Source: Octopus bimaculoides (lineage: Eukaryota). From it: a stretch of 64,000 nucleotides of DNA. The notes beneath the pieces were generated by a model. That model had not been told where the DNA came from. It saw nothing but the letters and a program-made list of their open reading frames with translations, and ran no database searches. Below are positions 49,616 to 61,130 of the stretch, one piece after another. The translations under genes and the position numbers were made by a program. The stretch lies in contig NC_068989.1 of assembly GCF_001194135.2 (NCBI RefSeq), positions 49,224,940-49,288,939 on the forward strand, in the 5' to 3' direction. Numbering within the stretch: the first letter of the stretch is position 1; every line of letters starts with the position of its first letter.

Positions 49616-52239
49616 TTTATATATACTTTATCTATAAGGCTCAATTTAATTTTAATTTTTTAAAAATTGATTTTAATTGAGTTTTTTACCTGTAATTTTG
49701 GATTTTGTCCCTAATAATATTATACATATATATATATATATTCTTTTATTCTTTTACTTGTTTCAGTCATTAGACTGCGGCCATGTTGGAGTATCCCCTT
49801 AAAGTGTTTTAGTTGAAGATATCAACTCCAGGACTTATTCTTTGTAAGCCTAGCACTTATTCTATCATTCTCTTTTGCCAAACTGCTAAGTTATGTGGAC
49901 ATATACACACCAACATCAGTTGTCAAGTGATGGCTGGGGATAAATGCAGACACAAAGACACACACACATAAATATATATAAATATACATTCAGTCTGCTA
50001 TAATGAATCCATAGACACATATAAAACATCCAAGAGTCTATATTTCTTTTGCTCTGAAGATATGTTCAGGTCATATAAATATAAATTGAATATTTACTTA
50101 ATATTTACTGAGTATTAACTGAAATAGCTATAAGTAAAGATGATTAATTTGGTGTTAATAATAAACAATTATTAACTTACCAATTTCCATTTTCTTTTTC
50201 TTCTTATATATATATGTGTATATNNNNNNNNNNNNNNNNNNNNNNNNNNNNNNNNNNNNNNNNNNNNNNNNNNNNNNNNNNNNNNNNNNNNNNNNNNNNN
50301 NNNNNNNNNNNNNNNNNNNNNNNNNNNNNNNNNNNNNNNNNNNNNNNNNNNNNNNNNNNNNNNNNNTATATATATATATATTAAATTCAAATTACGATGA
50401 ACAAACAAAGTTTGCTTTAGAAGCGTTGAGATGTTTTGGAAAGTTAAAAAAGTGATTTTTAAATTCTCAAACAGATGTATATACTTAGCATGCGTACAAA
50501 ACATACATGAATACATACATACATACACACATTAATATGTATGGGCATATATATGCATCTCATCATCATTTTAACATCTACTTATTCTATGCTTATTCTA
50601 GTTTAGCCAGAATTCACTGAAGCAGATTTTCTACAGATAGATGTTCTCCCTGTCACCAACACTCAGCTGTTTCCAAGCAAAGTATGTATATGCATGTATA
50701 CACACATATACATACACTTATACAAACATAACAAACATAAATATATTCGTGTATAAATGTGTGGTGCAATGCAAGCAAGCCTGAACAATCAGTTTTCACT
50801 TATGTGGTCTTACTGTCAGTTCAACTTTGTTTAGTCTGGCACTTGAAATTTTGCTGGCAGACTTATTCAACAGCTTAATTAAAGCATTTATTTAATTGTA
50901 AGTATAGTTGACAACATCAAATGTTGTGGTTCTGGCTTTGGTGTCGAAAGCATGAAAATCTCTAATCACACAGCTAAGGATGAGATATTCCATGTTTTTA
51001 AAGAGCTTGTTTCTTCACTGTCGTATATTCAGGGCTACCACTTGAAAAATTTGTTGATATATTTAAATGAAATGACTTTTTTGCAAGAAATTTGCAAAGT
51101 TAATAAAGAAATATTTCTGGTAGGTAATAATTTTGTGAGAAGGTAGTTTATTTTGAGGTTTTGTGGATTTTATAACATATATGATGCATATCTATATAAA
51201 AAGCTAGGCACTTTTTGTTAAAAATGAAAAATGCACACCACTTTCAATTAAGAACTCAATGGATCATATGATACAGTATTACATAACTCATTTATTGAGC
51301 TAATCTCTCTACAATTTTTATATCATCTCAACTGGAGACTAATATCACTGATAATGTTAGCCCTAGCTGAAGCTATATATTAACTGTGTAGAGATTAACT
51401 CTATAAAAAAAAATACTGAACATACACACATATATAATACATAATATATAAAACATAATATATATACATAATATATATACACACAGAGGCACGCATGCAC
51501 ACACGTGCGCACACACAACATACATAATATCTATAACAAATTAACTAATATGTAGGAATGTATAAACATTAAAATTATAAAAATACACATACACAGACAT
51601 GCATATTTGTGTGTGCCTGTGTTTGGGAATACACACACACACACACACACACATACACATATACATGTGTGGGTGAGTGTATGTGCGTGTGTAATACTAT
51701 TCATATAACATTTAGAATTAAACATTTTACAAATATATATATGTGTGTATGCGTGTGTATGCGTGTGTATGTGTGTGTGTATTGTTATTATTATAATTAT
51801 TATTTCAAATGTGAATGTGTGTATGTACACATTTGCAGGTATGTGTGCATACACACCCGCATGCATGTATATGTGTGTGTGTAGGTTATTTTAATAGGAT
51901 TTTTGAATGTTTTCCAAAGAAACATTGCAACATTTTTTGCTTTTTTTTCCTCTGCTTTTGGATGAAATCCGAATAGCTAGAGAGATAAGACTTGGTAGAC
52001 AAAGCATTCAATGCTGATATATTGAAACACAGTTCTGTTTGCCATGAGCCAACAGTAATTAGATTAACTGCAAGCGAGCAACAACATCATTATTATTATC
52101 ATCATTATTATTATGATTGCTGTTATTCTTATTATTATTGCTATTATTATTATCATCCTCATCATTATCATTATTATTATTAATACTATTGTTGTTGTTG
52201 TTGTTGTTATAAATGTAAGTGTTGGTAATATTAGCAGCA

Positions 52240-53135
52240 ATGTTGATAAAGTAACAAACGCAGATGAGAATAAATTTGATATGCTCACAAGTTGTCTAGC
52301 ATTTCCAACATTAACACTCCCGAACAGCATTCATCGGTTATAAAAGCAATCTACTAAATTGATTTAGAAAAATCATGGATTTGCGTCTAACATCCAAATA
52401 AGAAAACAACAGCAGCAACCTCCCCAAATGATAATGATGATGATGATGGTGGTGATGGTGAATTTATTAAAATAGGTTCAGAGAATATTTTAAATTAAAT
52501 TATAGATTAAACGACCTAAAAAAAAAAATAGCATCAAAGTAAGTTATTTCTTTTTCATTTTTTAAAAATTTGTTTATCATATTCGTTTTTTCCTTCCCAA
52601 TTAATAATGCTCTAAGATGCATTCTATTATTTTTACATAGTTTCACAGCGGCTCACTTGTTTCATCATTGATCTCTTTAGTCTACAGCAATGTGAGTTAT
52701 CATTTAGTAAAAAAAAAAAAAAAGATAAATAATAAATAAAATTAATAAATAATGAATAAAAAGCTAATAAAACTAAAAAGAAATAATAAAACTAGGGTTT
52801 TTTGAGGTTCCGTCTTGTCCCACTCATTATAGTTATTAATTTCTAATCTCTAAAACAGAGGAGAAAATCTCTATAGACAGCGTGCTTCAGAGAGAAGGGA
52901 AGATACTAATAGATAAATAAAAGAAACAAACACTTGAAAGAGTAAGTGAAATCAATAAATAGAATTAAATAAATCAACAAAAGTCAATTTGTTTCTTGCT
53001 AATTATCTATGATTACAAGCAACTCTTACCAGAATAACTTCACTTCCGTGTTTCACTAAAACCATTACTAATTCTAATCTAATAATGCATACTGCTATAT
53101 AAAACCCAGCAATTTCACAGTTATTTGGTGAGTAT
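52240..53135. promoter_or_regulatory. Possible promoter region with divergent first-exon donors
   Basis: About 10 CpGs in non-repeat sequence. ETS-like ACGGAAGTG on the minus strand (about 53041-53049), then TCTG|gtaaga (53029). On the plus strand, TATATAAAA (53096) and TTG|gtgagt (53128), followed by a pyrimidine-rich acceptor at 53222. Confidence 0.3.
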
Positions 53136-53442
53136 TTCTATAAATTTTATTTAATGTGCTTCTTTTTTTTCTTTTTCTTTTTTCTATATTTTTCTTAACA
53201 TATTCATTACACTTTCCCTTAGAATATCATCTGTTGGAGTTCAATATCAGAGAGAGATGACAAAAATAACAGTGATATTTTTCTTTTGATCAGTCCAATT
53301 CTAAGAAAATTATAATGGTGAGACCATTCCCAAAGATATTAACAGTGCTTAATAAACTGGTCCCATTGACCCCTTTAACTATGCTACCAACTTGCTTTAG
53401 CTGAGAGTATTCAAAATATGACACTTTACTCAAACAGCTGCT

Positions 53443-53880
53443 TGACCGTAACCAGTTGAGCATGTCCTTAGTGGCTGATGATATGTGCATCTCTGATCAC
53501 AAGCAGAAGTAGTGGGGGAGCATCATAACCACCTGTTGAAAGGAATTCTTTGGGGTTTGAACAATTCACCTTTGGAAACATGGGTGTTTCATTCATCATC
53601 CTTAAACAAATCTCTTATTCAGAGACCTTTTGAGTGGGATGCACTACTCAACTTAAAGAAAATTCTAATTGGGCTCCACCTGCAAGGTCATGTGCTGTTT
53701 ATCTTGAAGTGAGATCACCATGTCATGCACATATGGTTGTGATGCATGTGCCTGATGTACCCTTATCAGAAGGGTAGTCGTGATGGGTATATTGGGCTTC
53801 ATATATTTGTACCCCGGTGTCACTTTGATGGCATGCGCTGCTATCGCATTCAATGATAATAATAATAATTAATAATAGTT
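53443..53880 (+). mobile_element. Probable dispersed retroposon with (AAT)n tail
   Basis: GC-richer block ending in an AAT-type tail. Only one copy is in this window, so the assignment rests on recalled similarity to an abundant octopus repeat. Confidence 0.4.
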
Positions 53881-53919
53881 TCAAATTTTGGCACAATTTG
53901 TCAGACACTGTAATTGATA

Positions 53920-54097
53920 AGGTAAATCAGGTATGGGGAAATGCATCATTGCAGCGCATCGCTGTATCCACCTTTTGTTGGTATCTATTCAGGTTATTAT
54001 GGACAACATTCCAAGTAGTGTCCCAGTCAGTTCTCATCTTTGTGAAATACATCCCCATTCACCATGGCCATGGGGCATGTGGTCAACCAACATGAGC
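53920..54097 (-). mobile_element. RTE-like LINE 3' coding-end fragment
   Basis: By eye roughly 75% identical, in reverse orientation, to 57849-58029. Confidence 0.65.
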
Positions 54098-54700
54098 TAT
54101 CACCCCACCCGGATTCTAAAGAACGGTGACATTACAAATTCTGTCATAACAAAATGCATTCCAATAGTAAGAATTTCAGGTATTTATAGATTAGTATAAG
54201 TGTACAGTCAAACTTTTTCAACAAAACATGTAGAAATATCAGGATTTTAACATCCAAATGAACCAGACCATACAACAGAGGAAACCTAATATTAAAGATG
54301 TCAACCAAAAAACAATAAAATGCTTTATTACCATTATCAATATCTGAGAGATCACAATATCTCCCGTAAGGATTTTCAAATGAATAATAATTACTAAGAT
54401 CACAAACTAAATTAAACGAACTAAATATCTGACATGAGTCATTGTTAATGAGATTATAATTTTTCAGACTATTAACTTCATCCTTAGAAGATGAAACATT
54501 TTTCAATATTTACATCTACAATGTTTCAATTAATTTGATTTCCAATAAATAACAGGTGTCTTATTCCTGAATATGAACAGATTAACAAACTAGGTTTGAA
54601 TTAAGAATTTTTGTTCCAAAACTAAAGAAAACATTACTACCTTTAGATTATAAAGTTCCTCAGTTTGAATCTACTCCAGTACTAAGTGTATACATACATA

Positions 54701-54745
<45 letters not shown>

Positions 54746-54848
54746 NNNNNNNNNNACAACAGAAACAAAAATAGTAATTGTTAATAATTGGAGTATTAAA
54801 TGGCACATGCCCCACCATACCTGAGACATGATAAAAAGAACACTAGTC

Positions 54849-55066
54849 GCAGGAGTGGTTGTATGGTAAGTAGCTCGCTTATCAACCACATGGTCCCGGG
54901 TTCAGTCCCACTGCATGGCACCTTGGGCAAGTGTCTTCTACTATAGCCTCAGTCCGACCAAAGCCTTGTGAGTGGATTTGGTAGACGGAAACTGGAAGAA
55001 GCCCATCGTATATGTATGTATATATATATATGTGTGTATATGTTTGTATGTCTGTGTTTGTCCCCT
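54849..55066 (+). mobile_element. tRNA-head SINE (family A), near full length
   Basis: gcaggagtggttgtatggtaagtagctcgctt...ccgggttcagtcccactgcatggcaccttgggcaagtgtcttctactatagcctc...ggatttggtagacggaaactggaagaagccc, followed by a TA/TG-rich tail. Confidence 0.9.
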
Positions 55067-55074
55067 CATGCTAA

Positions 55075-55520
55075 TGCTTCTGCCAGCTTTCCGCCTTAAT
55101 AATCCTCTCATGGCATGAAATTTTGGGTAGGGATTAAGTTGATTACATTGACTGCAGTGCATAACTAGTGCCAATTTAATCAACCCCAAAAAGACGAAAG
55201 GCAAAGTCAACCTTGGTGGAATTTGAACTCAGAATGTAGTGACAGATAAAATATCGCTAAGTATTTCACCCGGTGGGCTAACGGTTCAGCCAGCTCATTG
55301 CCATTCACCAAATTTTTTGGCATAAGGCCGGTAATTTTGGGGGAAGGAATTAGTCAATTATATCAACCCCAGTGTTCAACACGTACTTATTGTATTGAAC
55401 CTGAAAGGATGAAATGCAAAGTCAACCTCAGCGGAATTTGAATAGAGAACATAAAGACCAACAAAATGCCACTAAGCATTTTGCCCAGCATGCCAATAAT
55501 TCAGTCAGCTTCCCACATGA
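55075..55520 (-). mobile_element. Two tandem family D SINE-like copies
   Basis: The motif gaaa(g/t)gcaaagtcaacct..g.ggaatttgaa occurs at about 55196-55226 and again at about 55410-55442, each followed by ..ccagct...cca. Confidence 0.75.
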
Positions 55521-55535
55521 TAATAATAATCATCA

Positions 55536-55680
55536 TAACTGAATTTGATGAGCTCAGAAAATGTAAAGATTTGCTGACTGAAATAAAAAAAATGTGGTAC
55601 CTCAAGACGGTTACAATACCAGTGATTCTAGGAGCATTGGGAATGATGACAAAAGGAAATTGGAAATCATTTGAAGTATC
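55536..55680 (+). mobile_element. R4/Dong-like retrotransposon endonuclease-end fragment (older copy)
   Basis: EFDELRKCKDLLTEIKKMWYLKTVTIPVILGALGMMTKG matches the 'eKl.KYkDL.iEi.rMW.lkt..iPvivGALG' motif. It begins right after a short (AAT/CAT) tract. Confidence 0.75.
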
Positions 55681-55916
55681 ATCGCTGTAAATTTTCTTTC
55701 CTTTTCCCCTGATTTTCTTTGCTTTCATGTTTTCATTTTTTCTTTTTTTCTTTCCTTTCTCTGTTTTTCTTCCCTTGTTTTCCATCATGTGACTTTATAA
55801 ATGAACAATCTGGTGTGTTTATTTGTTTTAATGGCCTACCAATGTATACAGTGAGTTTCTTTGCCCTAGGTGTTGGGAAGACACTCAGTAAGAAATGGAA
55901 ACAAAATTGAAAGAAG

Positions 55917-55948
<32 letters not shown>

Positions 55949-55949
<1 letters not shown>

Positions 55950-56598
55950 TGGTATAAACACACGCCAGAAAAGGTCACAGAAAACGAGAAAGCAACCATA
56001 CTCTGGGATATGCCAATACACACAGATAGAGAAATTAAGGCAAATAGACCAGATATAGTTGTCAAAGATCATAAAGAAAAAAAATGCTTTCTAATTGATG
56101 TATCAATACCAGCAGATGACAACGTTTCTCTAAAAGAAATGGAAAANNNNNNNNNNNNNNNNNNNNNNNNNNNNNNNNNNNNNNNNNNNNNNNNNNNNNN
56201 NNNNNNNNNNNNNNNNNNNNNNNNNNNNNNNNNNNNNNNNNNNNNNNNNNNNNNNNNNNNNNNNNNNNNNNNNNNNNNNNNNNNNNNNNNNNNNNNNNNN
56301 NNNNNNNNNNNNNNNNNNNNNNNNNNNNNNNNNNNNNNNNNNNNNNNNNNNNNNNNNNNNNNNNNNNNNAGTAGGTGCCTTAGGTATAATAAAAAAATAT
56401 TCAGACAAATACATAACAAAAATAGCAGGACTTACAAATATATATAACATACAGAAAATTGCACTACTGGGTACTGCACACATCCTACGCAAAACACTTT
56501 CAATACAGTAAACATAAGAGCACCACAGCACATACCCAAGGCGCACAGAGCTGCACTCGGTAGTGAAGTGAAAGCACGTTATAAAAATAAAACTACTG
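55949..56598 (+). mobile_element. 5'-truncated R4/Dong-like non-LTR retrotransposon (RLE domain and 3' UTR) inserted in (TAA)n
   Basis: WYKHTPEKVTENEKATILWDMPIHTDREIKANRPDIVVKDHKEKKCFLIDVSIPADDNVSLKEMEK-[N gap]-VGALGIIKKYSDKYITKIAGLTNIYNIQKIALLGTAHILRKTLSIQ* (stop at 56509-56511), with PD-(D/E)xK-type motifs. (TAA)n lies on both sides (55917-55948, 56599-56650). Confidence 0.92.
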
Positions 56599-57848
56599 AA
56601 TAATAATAATAATAATGATAATAATGATGATAATAATAATAATAATAATACAGAGATAAGGAACTTGTAGTATTTCAAATGTAATAAAGATTTATAGATT
56701 AATAAAACAATCTGTTTAGAAGAATACCTATAAAATCAAGTCGTCCAAAGTAAAGATCATAAGAAGATTGAGATTATGGCATTTCCTAAGTGGTAGAGGA
56801 GAAATTTCAATAAACAGCCACTGCACAAAATAAATAAATAAATACATAGTACAAAAAAAAAACATTAAACACAACTTTCAACTTGTGTATTAAATCTTTA
56901 TACAAAGGAACTACAATTAAAAGTCATTGATGATTATTCATGCAGCAATGATGTATATTTTCAGCAAAACATTATTAATGTATGTTTTTTTTCCCCGTTT
57001 TTTTTTTTTGCTTGTTTCCTTTTTTTCACAAGTGATAAAGAGGAAGGCTGGCAGAAGGAGATGATGGAGTTATTGGAATAAAATAATAATTTGATTTTTA
57101 AATTGCCCTAATTCTGAACTGGATTAGAAGTCAGAGGACATGGTAGATTGGACAAATGTTAATTACTGACCAAAGTGTCTCTGGCCCATGGCAGTATAAA
57201 AGAAAGAAAAATAGGAAAAACAACAGCAGCAGCTACCATTGCTAATGCAGATGATAAGCAATAAGGATAATGAAGCTAGAGCTGATAACCATAGTGAAAT
57301 GATGCTGAAGACATATAATAAAAAGAAGATTGGATTGGATTGCCTAAGTTCAGTCGAAGGCCTTAGCATGTTCCCTCCACCAACCAAAGCCTGATGTGGA
57401 GGCCACGAATCTGAGCTTGAAATCATATTGGTTTGATGAGCCTACTCTGCTACACTAGCTTGACATGGCTTGGTAGAGGGGTGCAGTTTATTTATTTTTA
57501 TATACTTATACTCAGGAGTAACGCCAATTACATTGACCCCCAGTTGCTCAACTGATACTTATTTTATCAATTCCAAAAAGATGAAAAGCTAAGTCAACCT
57601 CAGCAGGACTTGGATTCAGAAAATCAAAAAGGACAAAATACCACAAAGCATTTCACCTGGCACACTAATGAAAAGAGTAGAGAACAATAATTGTGGAATC
57701 ACTTTATCTTTAGCCCTTTTCTGGGATGCATACTGTCACTTGCATGATTCAAGAGCATCAGCTTAGACTGTTTGTTCATATTGCTCATTTTTCTGAGTTA
57801 GATCCAGCATACTGTTTTCTTTTCTCAAAAGATCCAGGAAGGATGACA

Positions 57849-58029
57849 CTCGTGTTGGTTGGCCACATGCCGCATGGTCATCATGATTGATGAGGAAGTA
57901 TTTCACAAACATGGGAACTGACTGGAACACTGCTTGGAGGGTTGCCCAAGATGACCCAAGCAAATACCAACAAATAGTGAATGCAGTGATGTACTGCAAT
58001 GATGCTTGCTCTCATACCTGACCTGACCT
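57849..58029 (+). mobile_element. RTE-like LINE 3' coding-end fragment
   Basis: RKYFTNMGTDWNTAWRVAQDDPSKYQQIVNAVMYC resembles the RTE C-terminal pattern 'Dl..mg.tW..a...AqdR..Wr..v.a.c'. Confidence 0.65.
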
Positions 58030-58188
58030 TTGCTTATCCAAAACATTTTCATATTTTGTCCGAAACAACTATGCTTGTTAGCCCTTGTTTCATACATTCT
58101 GAGTAACATAAAGCTTTACTTTCATAAATACCAAGTTACTCTAGAGGTTGAGAGACAATTGAGAATATGTATCATATATAATACATAT

Positions 58189-58436
58189 GTGAAGGCACAT
58201 GGCTCAGTGGTTAGAGCGTTGGACTCACAATCATGAAGTAGTGAGTGTGTTGTGTTCTTGAGCAAAACACTTTATTTCATGTTACTCCAGTTCACTCAGC
58301 TGTAGAAACGAGCTGTGATGTCACTGGTGCCAAGCTGTACCAGCTTTCCCTAACAACCTTACCTGAACTTGTACTTTAGAGGGGAACTTTCTTGGTGCAA
58401 TCCTATGGTCATTCATGACCGAATGGGGTCTTTACT
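58189..58436 (+). mobile_element. tRNA-head SINE (family E) with internal deletions
   Basis: gtgaaggcacatggctcagtggttagagcgttggactcacaatcatg...ggtcattcatgaccgaatggggtctttact; reverse counterpart of 491-826. Confidence 0.85.
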
Positions 58437-59346
58437 CTATGATGCATAGAAGCCTCATAGGGAAATATGTCCTCGTTTCACATGTGATACACAGGACTGG
58501 CAAAGAGTTAAAAAACAAAAGAACTAAAATCAGCAGTTTACTAAAGGTGACTGTAGCTATTCAACCAGGAGTTGGCTTTGATCCGACAGACCTATGACCA
58601 AAGGTATTCAAGCTGTAATGATCTTTTATTTACTTATATATTTTTTTAGGAATAGTTTATCCAGTCTATCCCTTTTTAAGGTGATAGGGTATGATGTAAG
58701 AAAGATTTTGGCTACTATATTTAGCAGGCTGAGTGACAGCCTATAAGGTTTGCTTTTGGCCTAAGCTACTTCAATGTGTGTAAACAATGAAAGGCATTAA
58801 CCTATTTGTCAATTTACTTATACTAACAAGAAAACAAAATACACCTGCTCTCTCTCTCTCTATCATACACACACACATATACACATACATACAAATACAG
58901 ACACTGGTTCATATGTTTTATAAAAGTATGAAACCAGAGATGGTTGAGAAAATAGGATGTTATGCTGTTAGTACCTTTCCCAAGAGCATTAATGATCTGA
59001 ACAAATGAAATAAAATGGATCCTAGTAATAATAAAATCAGTTTGAAGGTAGAGAGCATCAATGGTGTCAAGTGTTACCATTTAGATGTTAGTGACTTCAC
59101 TTACTAATTGAAGCAGCTAAATAATCCAATAACCTACTTTGTGAAATGCTAAGAGCAATGCATTTCATAGAATTCCTAAGACAATGTAAGCTAATTAGAA
59201 AGAAGTTTTATATATTGATATTTGTTCTAATATGACAGTTCCCAAATGCCTTTTTACCATTTGGAAAGCTGAGATTGAGTTTAAAATCCCAAGAAAATGT
59301 CTAAATGATGTCAGTAACTAGGAAAGTAATGAAGCTTTATTTATGG

Positions 59347-59563
59347 TTAACTCTGGCATTCAAATTACTCTGTCAAATGTGATGCTTATTTATTCCCCTT
59401 GTTTTAAATTAATCATACATTATCTTGTAGCTTCAAGATTTTAATGGTGTGATTGTTTAATTTTAGAATGACATTGCAGGCTAGGTGTAAGAGGCCAGAT
59501 CTGGCCAGTTTGAACATAAAATATTTGAGCCAGATATGGCCAGTTTAAATGCTAAAAGGTTAA
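59347..59563. mobile_element. piggyBac-type (TTAA) MITE
   Basis: Bounded by TTAA at both ends, with imperfect TIRs ttaactctggcatt / aatgctaaaaggttaa. A second copy lies at 45001-45206. Confidence 0.7.
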
Positions 59564-59999
59564 TATGCATTATTCATCACAGAATCAAACATAGGTCTTA
59601 TTACTGTTAGTACTGAATACCAATGGTTTGGTTGGCAAATTAGTAGGTCTAAATGCTAGCTAACCGACAGTTAATGTTAACTTGGGGTTATTATTTTAAA
59701 GCAAGTGTAAGAATAACATCACAACATTTACTGATTGTGGAACTTGATACTGAATGAGATATTAAGACGAATAAGCCTGTCTCAGTCAAGACAAACTTTA
59801 ACAAACAGATATGAATGCACAGTTTAATATATCATACCACAATCAATAAAAGACATACCAGTAATATTTTCATACTTGGATTTATTTCAGTTTACTGCTG
59901 TATTTCAAATCAATAGAGTTAGTTGTTGTGGGAATAACAAAAATATGTCAGATTAGTGTTGCAGATAGAGAGCTTGATAAAACATTTCAAGGTATCAGT

Positions 60000-60180
60000 G
60001 CCATGTCAAAAGTACTCAGCATACACACTGTAAAGTTGTTGGCATTAGGAAGGGCATCAAACTGTAAAAACCAAGCCAAATCAGACTAGAACTTAGTGCA
60101 GCTCTCTGGCTTGCCAGCTCTGGTCAAACCATCCAACCCATGCCAGTATGGAAAATGGACATTAAAGGATGACGAAGACG
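60000..60180 (+). mobile_element. Family B copy
   Basis: gttggcattaggaagggcatcaaactgtaaaaacc...gtcaaaccatccaacccatgccagtatggaaaatggacattaaaggatgacga. Confidence 0.8.
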
Positions 60181-61009
60181 ACAACAATGATGATGATAAC
60201 AATGATGATTATGATGACAAAAATGACCTCAAGATTCTGAGTTCCTATTCCATTAGAAGATATTTTGAATTTATCTGTTTAGTTAATAATGTAAGCACCA
60301 GGTATACACTGAAAATAAAACAAGCAGCTTATGTCTGGGGAAAATAAAAACTGATTCTTTTATCAGTGATTTTAAATATTCTATATTTTATTTCTGCTGC
60401 ATGTTAAATAACTTGAAGCTATCTTAGAAAAACAAACCCATCAGAGATGATAACTACATCAAAAATACTAACAAGAAATAAATTTGACACAAAGGATGCT
60501 TGTATGTGTAAAAAAATATGCTTATGTATCACCATTCACTGTATTAATGAAGCAACTATGTCTAGTTGTGTAAAAACATAACAAGAAAAAGAATACTTAT
60601 AAGAAAATGGGAAATCTCTGGTGCAAAGATTTCAAAATAACGAAAAGTAACTCCGTTCTTAAAGCAGAGAGAGAGAGAGAGAGTGAGAGTGAGCACCATA
60701 TCCAGATACATTACGCTACTTAGTTTCATATCTTATAAGTTTGCCTTCAAATTCCCCAAGAGCAGATCATTCATTGTTCAGAAAGTACACAACTAATATT
60801 TTGTATTAAAGAGATTATTGTAAAGGAACAGAATTATGGGAAATATAAGCCACACACCCTTATTTTGTATGTGGATAGATCTCTTTAGATTGCAGCTAGT
60901 TGTGACTATCACTAAACTAAACTAAACCACTTAAATTACAATATATGAATATTGAACAGGAATGTATTTATTAAACAAGAATCAACAGAAATTAAATTCG
61001 GGGTTACTT

Positions 61010-61130
61010 TCAGCTACTCTAGGATTTTCATAGCGACAAAATGTCTAGAACTTCATGCAACTTTGGGCTTAGGAAAGAAGAATTACAAGAAATGGACAAG
61101 TTGGATAGAAAAACTGACAGAGTTCAATCA
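61010..61130 (+). mobile_element. Possible R4/Dong-like RT C-terminal fragment
   Basis: SCNFGLRKEELQEMDKLDRKT resembles 'YsFG...w.k.eL..lDRKTrk'. Confidence 0.35.

Noticed and set aside
50881-51146. About 88-codon plus-strand open frame
   Set aside because: No recognisable family and a weak acceptor; many such ORFs are expected by chance.
54144-54506. 120-aa minus-strand ORF
   Set aside because: TTG start, no recognisable motif, and a length within chance expectation for six frames of 64 kb. Splice-like sites exist but nothing corroborates them.
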